64,000 bases of DNA, taken from an uncultured virus (IMG/VR IMGVR_UViG_3300047400_000175) (lineage: Duplodnaviria > Heunggongvirae > Uroviricota > Caudoviricetes). Positions within the stretch are counted from its first letter, which is position 1, and the number at the start of each line of letters is the position of its first letter. Location: the IMG/VR virus record IMGVR_UViG_3300047400_000175. One strand, 5' to 3'. The notes beneath the pieces are model-generated. The model did no database searches, was not told the DNA's origin, and worked only from the letters and a program-made list of their open reading frames with translations. Made by a program: the position numbers and the translations under genes. Positions 55,386-64,000 of the stretch are shown here, piece by piece.

Positions 55386-58053
55386 GAAATTTTCTACTGG
55401 TGGCGGATATAGTGAACAAACTCCTGATTGGAATAAGGCTAAAGAAGCTATGAATGATTCATCGGATAATACTGGAGGAAATATTAATTATATACAAGCT
55501 GGAATTACTGGAGTTAATGCTCTTACCTCAATAGCTTCTACAAGTAATAATAAAAATTTAACTAATGAGCAAAAACAGAAAGGATATGCCAATGCTACAA
55601 ATCAAGCAATAGATAGTGTTGCAGGAACGGTATTACCATGGTATCAATATGCCCAAATGGGTAAACGCCTAGCTAAAAGTGCTATTGGTAATAATCCAGA
55701 TGATCCTACTAATAGAGCATTAAATGCCCTTGCAACACCGCAACATGAACAAATGATAGATGATATAAGCAGAGGAAAGTATGGTGATGCTGCTGGAGAT
55801 ATATTAGGAGCTGGATTTTATGCTCCAATAAAAGCTTATTTTAATAAAGATAATACTTATAAACACGGAGGTAAACATCATCCTAAAATTAATTTTGTAA
55901 ATCCTCAACCAGGTAATATGATGTATGGTACTGAGCAATTTCCTAATGGAGGTCAATCTATGATTTATAATGCTGAAGTCGAAAGTTCAGAAAATACTTT
56001 AAATCCAGATGGTTCAACAAATCAATACAATGGACCAAGTCATGAACAAGGAGGAATACCTACACAATTAGATCCTGGGACACTTATTTTCTCAGACAGA
56101 TTAAAACTACCAGGAACTAATAAAACCTTCGCAAAACTCAATAAATCAAATAATACAGACAAACAACAGAAGGTATTGGATGATGAAAATGCTACATCTA
56201 CAGCTAAACAAACTGCTCAGTTGATTAAAGACATTAAGAATAATAAATCTATGGAATTATTCAAAGCACAAGAAGAATTGAAGAATTCTAGAATTAGTAA
56301 TTATGCTAATAAATTGGGAGAGGATGGGATTATGTACAAAGATGGAGGTATTCATATTAAGCCAAGTCATAAAGGTAGATTTACAGCTTATTTAAAACGT
56401 ACAGGAAGTACATTACAAGAAGCCTTACATAGTAAAAATCCACATGTTAGACAGATGGCTAATTTTGCTAGGAATGCTAAACATTGGAAACATGCTAATG
56501 GAGGAGTGCAAGGTCTTCCTAAATTTGAAGATGGTGCTATATACCCAACACCTGATGGACGTGCTGTTATAGCTAATAAAGAAGAAGCTAAAAATTTAAG
56601 AAAAGGAATATTTAATAATAAACCTTCTATTAATCAACAACAATTTCCAAATGGAGGTAAATACACATATAATCCAAAAGACAAGGAGTTATTGGCTTAT
56701 AACGATAGCTTAAATTCAGCCCAAGCATTAGATAGTTTGCATCATTTTGCTAAAAATGACCCTGGATTTATGAAATTTAATAAATATACTGAATATATAA
56801 ATGATAAATTTAAAACTAATATTAGAGATTCGTCTGATAATACAGCATCCCAGTACAGGTTACATTTAGAAAAACCAGGATATTATGTAAATGTAGATAT
56901 TGAAAATCCTCAATATCCAACTAATAAAGTAACATTAAAAGAGATGCCTAAATTTGGTAATGCTAAAGTCGCTGGTAAGAATAATTATTATATGGATACG
57001 AATAAAGGTAGGGTATGGATTACAGAGAATGAATATAATAATTATATGAATACAGGGAATGTACCTCAGTTCTCTCATGGCGGAACATCAATGATAGAAG
57101 AAGATAAGGAAAATGGATATAGTGATTTTTGGAAAACTAATGCCGAGTTAGATAATGAAAAATTAACAAACAATACTAATTCTTCACTTCAACCGTGGAA
57201 TTTTGATTCTTATATTCCTCAAAGGAATTCTAATATGGATTCTGATGGATATAATTATAACAGAACCTACGGAATGAATATTCCTAATTTAAATACTCAT
57301 GATACACATCAATACATAGATACTAATGGTAATTTACAATTTGATAAATTTGAACTTTCGAGATTAAATAATAAATCGAATAATCAGGTAAAAAGTGAAG
57401 TTTTTAATGGGAAATCTAATATATCTCAACCAGAAGTTAAACCACCACCAACAACACCCCAACCTAATTGGTGGGATAAGAATGGTCAATATATGAAAGA
57501 TGCTTCAGCAGGTGTTGCTCAAGCTGCTCCTTATTTATGGAGTTTAAATAATAATAAGTTTGGTAAAAAGTATGATACAACAACTCCATATTTAACTACT
57601 CCTCATTTATTATCTGATAGAGAAACTCTTAAAGACAGTGAAAGTGCTTATAAGACAGCTTTATATAATTCTAAACAACTTGGAGGTCCTGGAACATTAG
57701 CAGCAATGAATAATGCTTATGCTAACAAAGTAATGAATGATGCTAAAATTAGAGAATATTTTGCTAATCAAAATGCAGGAATATTAAATCAAACAGATGA
57801 ATTTAATATTGGGCAAAAGAATTTAGCAAGAGATCTTAATATGAAATCTAAAGCTAGAAGTGAAGATCAAGCTAGATTAGACATGCAGGGACTTAGTAAT
57901 ACTGCTGCTAATGTTAATAAAGATTATAATACTAATGTGCAACAAGAAAATATGATTAAATATATTTCTAGTATGTACCCTGATTTTACATTTGATAGAA
58001 GAAGGGGTTGGTTTTATAATTCTAAAGGAGAGGAACTTAAATTAAAACAATAA
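55363..58053 (+). CDS. virion cargo (ejection) protein
   Basis: NAEVE...GPSHEQGGIP...IFSDRL; GGIHIKP..KG.FT...ANFARNA..W.H; repeated [FYH]xxGG. Confidence 0.8.
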   Translation: MKKKPKLKKFSTGGGYSEQTPDWNKAKEAMNDSSDNTGGNINYIQAGITGVNALTSIASTSNNKNLTNEQKQKGYANATNQAIDSVAGTVLPWYQYAQMGKRLAKSAIGNNPDDPTNRALNALATPQHEQMIDDISRGKYGDAAGDILGAGFYAPIKAYFNKDNTYKHGGKHHPKINFVNPQPGNMMYGTEQFPNGGQSMIYNAEVESSENTLNPDGSTNQYNGPSHEQGGIPTQLDPGTLIFSDRLKLPGTNKTFAKLNKSNNTDKQQKVLDDENATSTAKQTAQLIKDIKNNKSMELFKAQEELKNSRISNYANKLGEDGIMYKDGGIHIKPSHKGRFTAYLKRTGSTLQEALHSKNPHVRQMANFARNAKHWKHANGGVQGLPKFEDGAIYPTPDGRAVIANKEEAKNLRKGIFNNKPSINQQQFPNGGKYTYNPKDKELLAYNDSLNSAQALDSLHHFAKNDPGFMKFNKYTEYINDKFKTNIRDSSDNTASQYRLHLEKPGYYVNVDIENPQYPTNKVTLKEMPKFGNAKVAGKNNYYMDTNKGRVWITENEYNNYMNTGNVPQFSHGGTSMIEEDKENGYSDFWKTNAELDNEKLTNNTNSSLQPWNFDSYIPQRNSNMDSDGYNYNRTYGMNIPNLNTHDTHQYIDTNGNLQFDKFELSRLNNKSNNQVKSEVFNGKSNISQPEVKPPPTTPQPNWWDKNGQYMKDASAGVAQAAPYLWSLNNNKFGKKYDTTTPYLTTPHLLSDRETLKDSESAYKTALYNSKQLGGPGTLAAMNNAYANKVMNDAKIREYFANQNAGILNQTDEFNIGQKNLARDLNMKSKARSEDQARLDMQGLSNTAANVNKDYNTNVQQENMIKYISSMYPDFTFDRRRGWFYNSKGEELKLKQ

Positions 58054-58054
58054 T

Positions 58055-59929
58055 ATGCCAAATGCATTTAATACACTGATTGAACCTTCACAGTATGTCA
58101 GCCAAGTAGTTCCATTGCCTTTAAATGAAATAATTCAAATGGGGGCTATGAAACAGCAACATCGTGATGCTACATTAGCAAATATTGAAGATACCAAAAA
58201 CATTCTTAGTGTTAAATATGATCCACATAGAAAAGGTGTGGCCGATGAATTATTATCAAATTATAATCAAAGACTTGATGATATAGCTAATGATTTCTTA
58301 AAGAATGATACTAATACAGCTAATTTAAAATTATCAAGAATTAGAAGAGATTTTCAACAGGACCCAACTAGGATAGGATTAGAAAATTCCTATAATTCAT
58401 GGGTATCATATTTAAAAAACACAGAAGAAAATAAAAAGCAGGGAAAATATGATAATATTAGTGGTTATGATTCTTATTTACATGATAAGGAACAACACTC
58501 TATAAAAGAGTTTTCTCCATTTAATTATTCAGGAGATTACACCTCTGAAGATATTGATAAGGAAGCCAAATCTATAATGGGTAAAATAGCTGAAGATGGT
58601 TCTGATACAAAGGGTATGAAAACAGATAAACAAGGAAATTTATTAGTAGACGACAATGGCATGTACCATGATTATACAACAGCTGGTAATGGGGTTTCTG
58701 AACCAAAATTAATTACTTTAGCAGGAATGAAAGCTGAAGATTTTTTAAAGAGTAATGCAGGAAGATATTTTATAGATAGGTACACTGGGGGACATGTTGG
58801 GAATTATAATGATTTTGATGATAAAACTAAATTAATATTAAAAAATTTAGCAGCTAATCAATTAATTCATTCATCAGCAGAACAAATAGGATGGAAAACA
58901 AAAGGCTGGGATGAAGGACATTTCTTACCTGAATATATTGCTAAAGATAAACAACCAAAAGTTGATGATACAACACACTTTGGCGAAGATACACCAATTA
59001 TTAATATAGTGACTAATGCATTTGATATTGATAAAATGGTTAAAAAGGAGAGATTTGAAGTATCAGGACAAGGTAATCCTGGAAGTCCATTATTAATGGG
59101 AACTAGTACTGGTGCTAAAGCAAAATCTTTAGGTATAGGTTATGGTAAACTAGATGAAAAAGAGCAAAAAATATATGAAGGTATAGCTAAAAATGTATTT
59201 AATGTATCAGATACTAAATCATTAACTGGTCCGAAATTAGATGCTTTAAATAAGAAAATCAAAGACTATTTGATCAATATATCTACTCAAAATTTATCAA
59301 CATCAGCTAGATCAATACCTAATAATCAATCATTTGACGGAAGTGATAAAAAGGGGGCAGAAGGATTAACTGAAGCAATATTTGGGACAAGTAGAATAGG
59401 TGATGCCCCATTAACAGGTAATTATATTAATAGGGATTTTTATGTGGCAAGTGAAGGAAAAACATATTCTGGTGAAGAATTTTATAATAAATTCTTGAGC
59501 GGTCTTCCTAAAGGAACTACTATTAAAATAATTAATCAATTCTCTCCAAATAATCCATTTGTAGATTTATCTGGCGGTGAAGAGAAATTTGCAAGGAGTT
59601 ATCAAGTATCTGTTGGTGGGAAATCAGTGATTATGTCATCAGCTCCACACGAATGGAAAGAAAAGATCGGTGTAGATGGTAAATCTTATTATGTAGATGG
59701 AACAGTTGATGATAGACTAATTAATCATATTTGGAAAACAAGTATACTCCCAGACAAACAAATAGAAATGTCCGTTATTACAAAAGATAATAAACCAACA
59801 CAAGCACATGTGGTTAACTTAGCTAATGGAGAGTATGAGATGACAATACCACTAGATCATTCAGTGATACATGGAGAAACTCCGGAGGAATTATTAAATA
59901 ATTATCATGAGTATTTAGCGGGAAAGTAA
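58055..59929 (+). CDS. virion cargo protein
   Basis: YVSQ.VPLP N-terminus typical of crAss cargo; ends GCG GGA AAG TAA. Confidence 0.8.
   Translation: MPNAFNTLIEPSQYVSQVVPLPLNEIIQMGAMKQQHRDATLANIEDTKNILSVKYDPHRKGVADELLSNYNQRLDDIANDFLKNDTNTANLKLSRIRRDFQQDPTRIGLENSYNSWVSYLKNTEENKKQGKYDNISGYDSYLHDKEQHSIKEFSPFNYSGDYTSEDIDKEAKSIMGKIAEDGSDTKGMKTDKQGNLLVDDNGMYHDYTTAGNGVSEPKLITLAGMKAEDFLKSNAGRYFIDRYTGGHVGNYNDFDDKTKLILKNLAANQLIHSSAEQIGWKTKGWDEGHFLPEYIAKDKQPKVDDTTHFGEDTPIINIVTNAFDIDKMVKKERFEVSGQGNPGSPLLMGTSTGAKAKSLGIGYGKLDEKEQKIYEGIAKNVFNVSDTKSLTGPKLDALNKKIKDYLINISTQNLSTSARSIPNNQSFDGSDKKGAEGLTEAIFGTSRIGDAPLTGNYINRDFYVASEGKTYSGEEFYNKFLSGLPKGTTIKIINQFSPNNPFVDLSGGEEKFARSYQVSVGGKSVIMSSAPHEWKEKIGVDGKSYYVDGTVDDRLINHIWKTSILPDKQIEMSVITKDNKPTQAHVVNLANGEYEMTIPLDHSVIHGETPEELLNNYHEYLAGK
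59920..59926 (+). promoter_or_regulatory. -1 ribosomal frameshift heptamer G_GGA_AAG
   Basis: Correctly phased X_XXY_YYZ immediately before the stop; -1 frame open to 60780. Confidence 0.8.
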
Positions 59930-60780
59930 ATACCTCTGCTACAAGTGTTAGTAAGCCAGAGGTTATTAAAGAAACACAACCTATTATAAAAAAAGAAATT
60001 TCCAAACCAGTTGCTATAAATAAGGCAGAATCTACAGTTTTACCAACAACTACAGAAAAAGCAAAGCCAGTTGTAATAAAAAAAGAGGTGCCAGTAAACA
60101 CAAAGGCAAATATACCTGTTACTACACAACCTGCTATAAAGTCAGTTACACAACCAGTAAAAACAGTACCTGTTGTTAGTAAGATTACGAATAAACCTAC
60201 AGCAGCATCACCAGTACAGATAGCTAAAACAAATATTCCAGAAAGTAAAGTTGGGCCAATAACACTACCTAGTAGTATTCCATCAGATGTTGCTACATTA
60301 ATATCTCAACATAAACAAAATCCTAAATGGGGAGATTACAAAGGTAATTACTTTGTATATTCTAAAGAAAATAGTACATTTTATGTTCTAAATAATAAAC
60401 ATCAGATTATTGATAGTATTATAGGAGGTAGAGGTATGGATAAAGGAGATGATAAAAATACATTTTTAGAAAGTTCACAAGATGGTAGAAAAACTACACC
60501 TTCTGGAAATTATGCCTTTAAATTCATTGATAACACTAAAGATGAACAAAAAGATTACTCCTCTCCATTTTATGGATTTAATAATGATCAATATGGTCAA
60601 TTAGGGGTACATGGGATATATAAGGGAAATTTCAATTATAGAAAACAAATACTTGATGATCCTAAAGTAAAACAAAAATTATTTTCTTATGGTTGTATAA
60701 ATATACCAAAAGAATTTCTATCTAAATATCCTCCAGTTATAGGGGATAGTTTATTTATAACAAAGGAGCCTAAAATATAA
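59926..60780 (+). CDS. frameshift extension: P/T/V/K linker + L,D-transpeptidase (YkuD)-like domain
   Basis: Frame open from 59911 with no ATG before the domain; TPSG.Y, GVHG and SYGCIN motifs. Confidence 0.78.
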   Translation, partial: VNTSATSVSKPEVIKETQPIIKKEISKPVAINKAESTVLPTTTEKAKPVVIKKEVPVNTKANIPVTTQPAIKSVTQPVKTVPVVSKITNKPTAASPVQIAKTNIPESKVGPITLPSSIPSDVATLISQHKQNPKWGDYKGNYFVYSKENSTFYVLNNKHQIIDSIIGGRGMDKGDDKNTFLESSQDGRKTTPSGNYAFKFIDNTKDEQKDYSSPFYGFNNDQYGQLGVHGIYKGNFNYRKQILDDPKVKQKLFSYGCINIPKEFLSKYPPVIGDSLFITKEPKI

Positions 60781-60786
60781 TATATA

Positions 60787-63700
60787 ATGCCAGATATAAA
60801 AGATATACAAAGTAGTTTTAATAATTACTTATTAAGAGGAGAGAAACCAGTTGAGACCACAGATCAACCATATATTATGGAACATTCTGACAAAAGTCAG
60901 TACGATGAAGGATTTGTGCCTGATAGATATGCTGATGATCCTAACTCAAATGAAAAGAATTTAGGATACTATAGGGGTGAAAAACAACCATGGTATGACA
61001 AGGCTGCTAATGGAGTAGTTAATCTTGCTGGAAGAGCCTTAACATCTGGGGCAGAAGGAATACTAAATCCATTCATAGGCACTTTCTATGCACTAGCAGA
61101 TGGTAAATTATCTTCATTTATAGATAATCCATTTACTAGACTAGCTGATGATGTAGATAAGCAAATTAAAGAAGCTGTACCATTTTATTCTACAAGAGCA
61201 GAAGAAAGCGCGCATGGTTTAGAAAAGTTATTATATGGTAATACTTATTTTAGAGATGTTTTAGATGGTGTTGGTTTTACTTTGGGGGCTATGGCTACAG
61301 GTAGTGTATATAATAAATTAATAAGCGCTATTGGAGAATCCGCATTGATTGGTAAAGCTGGAGAATATGTTAATAAATTAAACACTATTGAAAATTCTAC
61401 AGATAAAGTACAATATATAATTAATCAAAATACTCTAAGAGCAATTAAAGACGGTTCTAAACGAGGCTTAGTTGCTGGATTTACAGCAAGTGCTGAGGCT
61501 GAACAACAAGCTAGAGGTGACAAGGATCAATTTGTACAATATCAACTAGCTAAAATTAAAGCTGCTGGCAGAGAACCTTCTCAAGAAGAGTTAGCTAAAA
61601 TTGAGGATATGGGCAATGACTTGGCTTTACATAGTTATGCCTTTAATATGCCAGTAATATCACTAGATAATTACATTGTATTTGGCAAAGCTCTATTTGG
61701 TAATAAGGCCACAGATGTAATTAATTTAAAGAATTTAGGAGAAGGTATTACAAGAGAAGCTGGATTAGATGGTGCTTATAAAGCTGCGGAAAACACCTTT
61801 TGGGACAAAACTAAACCATATAGAAAAATAGCAGAACCAATGTTAGCCGAGGGTTTTTTCCAAGAGCAAACTCAGTATGCTATTTCTCAAGGTACAAATG
61901 ACTACTATAATAAAAAATATGAATCACCAGAAGCTGCTAGTTTTTTAAACTCATTTGCTAAAGGTATTTATGATGCCTATGGAACTAAAGAAGGTTGGGA
62001 TCAGGGTATTATAGGCGCATTATCTGGTGGCTTAACTGGTAATGTTACAACACTAATTGGAAAGGGTACAGGAGCCTACAAGAAGTCATCTAATGTAGTT
62101 CCTGATGATTTGCAGAAATTATCTACATTAAAGCAATATAAAGATTTAGTGTCTATGATTAATAGACATTCCAACATTGTACAAGACCAGAAAAATGCTG
62201 TTAATAACAATGATACATTCTCTTACGAGAATTCTAAGAATGATGGATTTATAAATTATGTTTATACCAAATTAAAATATGAAAGAGGTGAAGACCTGCT
62301 AGATGAATTAAAACAGTTCTCTAGTATGTCAGAAGTGGAATTTAAATCTAATTTTGGTAATGAATTATCTAAGGATGAAATATCACAAACTAAACAGTCT
62401 GTTAGTGAATTTGTTAATGATAAGATAGATAAAGTTAAAAAAATACAAAGGACATTTGATGCTGTTCATGAGAAATTTCCAAATGCTTCTGAGGCCAATA
62501 AAGAAAGACTTGCTTATAGTAGTTTAACTATCGATAATGCTAAATCTAGAAAGCAAGCATTAAATAAAGAAATTAATGAATTAATTAGAAAAAATGCTCC
62601 CTCTAATGAATCACTAGTGTTGCTAGGTAATGATTATTTACACACATCTAAAGAGGGTAGAGAATCTTATATAGAGGCATTAAATAAATCCAATATTAAT
62701 CCTTTAGATATTGAAGGTATTAAATCTAAAATATCAGATATTAATAAATTAGAAGAAAGAGAAAATCAATTTGTTAAGGAGTATCATGCTCTTACTAAAG
62801 AGGACTATCAGAATAAACTAGACAAAGCTGATAAGAAAGTTGAGGCAAAAGTCACTCAAACTAATACTCCCAAGGAAAACCCATTTGATTCGCATACATC
62901 AACAACACAAGAAACCCCTGTAGATACAGAATCTGAACTAACTCAAGAACAAGCTAGTTCTATGGGTATGGACTTTGGTAATACACCAAAGACAGATTGG
63001 CATTCATTAATAAATAATGCACAAGGTGAGAAGGAACTTAATGCTGTACAAGACCAAATAATTAAATCTGGTGAGGACAGTGTGGAATTATCAAATGCTA
63101 TTGGTAAGAAACGTGAGTTTTTAAATAAACAAAAAGAATTTAATACTAAATATAACTCTCTAAATGAGAAATCTACAACAGATGAATTAAAATCTGTTGG
63201 GAATGATTTAAATACTAATTATAAAGAGCATTATAAAGAAGAGCACATATCTCATTTAAGAGAATTATACAATAATGCTAAAAACAGAGAGGATGTAGCT
63301 AAATCTCAAACACCAACAAGAAAGAGTGAAAAAACTTCATTATTCTTTTTTAATAGATTTGCTGGTACTTCAGCACATCCAGTAGATATTGACGCTACTA
63401 GACTACTTTCATCCATTAATTTAAGTAATCCTAAACATTTAGAGAAATTAATACTAACTATTAATCCTTATAAAGGCCCATATGGACACAATCAAGAAAT
63501 ATCTTTACATTATATCAAGAATGATGGAACTAAGATGTTTCTTGGATTTCTAATTGATGGAACTTCTGAAAAAGCAACTGCTGATGTTTTAAATATTGGA
63601 GAAAAAGAAAAATCTAAATTATTTATTAATCATTTGTTGTCTTTGAACAAGTCTGAGTTTACAATGAATGAGTTAGTAAATTCTGGTTTGATTAATTTAA

Positions 63701-64000
63701 ATTTAGAAACAGATGGTTTTAATATACTTAGAACCCCTGAAGGAAGAATAGGTGTTGCTGAGTCCACTGTTTTTGAAAAGGATGCTTCTGGAAATGTCAT
63801 TATACTAGATAATCAATCTAAAACTAAAGTAAAGGGTGAAATGGGTGTTCTTAATGAGAACATGTCATGGGAGGATATTCAAAAATTAGGAGAAACAGAC
63901 AATTCAAGTAAATGGATTGATCCTACAGATCAGCAAATTGCTGAATTTGATAGATATTCTGTTGTCCTAAAAATAGGAGATAAAGTTTATTTTGTAGCTG
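60787..64000 (+). CDS. giant virion cargo protein, 5' part (runs off window)
   Basis: Manual translation MPDIKDIQSS...SQYDEG...RGEKQPWYDKAANG...; spot-checked open to the window end; E...QY motif. Confidence 0.85.
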   Translation, partial: MPDIKDIQSSFNNYLLRGEKPVETTDQPYIMEHSDKSQYDEGFVPDRYADDPNSNEKNLGYYRGEKQPWYDKAANGVVNLAGRALTSGAEGILNPFIGTFYALADGKLSSFIDNPFTRLADDVDKQIKEAVPFYSTRAEESAHGLEKLLYGNTYFRDVLDGVGFTLGAMATGSVYNKLISAIGESALIGKAGEYVNKLNTIENSTDKVQYIINQNTLRAIKDGSKRGLVAGFTASAEAEQQARGDKDQFVQYQLAKIKAAGREPSQEELAKIEDMGNDLALHSYAFNMPVISLDNYIVFGKALFGNKATDVINLKNLGEGITREAGLDGAYKAAENTFWDKTKPYRKIAEPMLAEGFFQEQTQYAISQGTNDYYNKKYESPEAASFLNSFAKGIYDAYGTKEGWDQGIIGALSGGLTGNVTTLIGKGTGAYKKSSNVVPDDLQKLSTLKQYKDLVSMINRHSNIVQDQKNAVNNNDTFSYENSKNDGFINYVYTKLKYERGEDLLDELKQFSSMSEVEFKSNFGNELSKDEISQTKQSVSEFVNDKIDKVKKIQRTFDAVHEKFPNASEANKERLAYSSLTIDNAKSRKQALNKEINELIRKNAPSNESLVLLGNDYLHTSKEGRESYIEALNKSNINPLDIEGIKSKISDINKLEERENQFVKEYHALTKEDYQNKLDKADKKVEAKVTQTNTPKENPFDSHTSTTQETPVDTESELTQEQASSMGMDFGNTPKTDWHSLINNAQGEKELNAVQDQIIKSGEDSVELSNAIGKKREFLNKQKEFNTKYNSLNEKSTTDELKSVGNDLNTNYKEHYKEEHISHLRELYNNAKNREDVAKSQTPTRKSEKTSLFFFNRFAGTSAHPVDIDATRLLSSINLSNPKHLEKLILTINPYKGPYGHNQEISLHYIKNDGTKMFLGFLIDGTSEKATADVLNIGEKEKSKLFINHLLSLNKSEFTMNELVNSGLINLNLETDGFNILRTPEGRIGVAESTVFEKDASGNVIILDNQSKTKVKGEMGVLNENMSWEDIQKLGETDNSSKWIDPTDQQIAEFDRYSVVLKIGDKVYFVA

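Noticed and set aside
59823..60101. - strand 92-aa ORF
   Set aside because: Antisense shadow of the + strand linker coding sequence
1..64000. Stop-codon reassignment as seen in some Crassvirales
   Set aside because: Core genes are full length in the standard code, TGA and TAG serve as stops, and no suppressor tRNA was found
60787..64000. Calling the last ORF the virion RNA polymerase
   Set aside because: I did not recognise a DxDxD catalytic motif in the visible part, and the gene is truncated by the window

Overview
This window is a 64-kb, very AT-rich segment of a lytic Crassvirales (crAss-like) podophage that probably infects an environmental Bacteroidota host. It uses the standard genetic code. 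The left arm (- strand, 1 to ~26.7 kb) holds a spore-photoproduct-lyase-like radical SAM gene, the replication block (primase, SSB-like, Sak4-like ATPase, DnaB-like helicase, family B polymerase), a MoxR-type AAA+/HExxH-vWA/ClpS cluster, DNA ligase, an RNA-repair trio, two tRNAs and a ~3.3-kb hairpin-dense, mostly non-coding region. The right arm (+ strand, from ~26.9 kb) holds terminase, portal, major capsid protein, virion proteins, the lysis cassette with a GIY-YIG homing endonuclease, tail ring/muzzle and cargo proteins. The most notable observations are: (1) eight or nine proteins around the AAA+/vWA-peptidase/ClpS genes share one short motif, L-h-x-S-x-D-x-x-N-x-x-h-A-x-E/N-h-h, suggesting a phage-encoded remodelling or proteolysis machine with an array of adaptors; (2) a G_GGA_AAG -1 frameshift site would fuse a cargo protein to an L,D-transpeptidase-like domain; (3) a 44-nt CCA-ending mini-tRNA and other structured RNA candidates; (4) a five-copy TTG-N20-TATATT promoter. 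All functional calls come from reading motifs by eye, with no database search.
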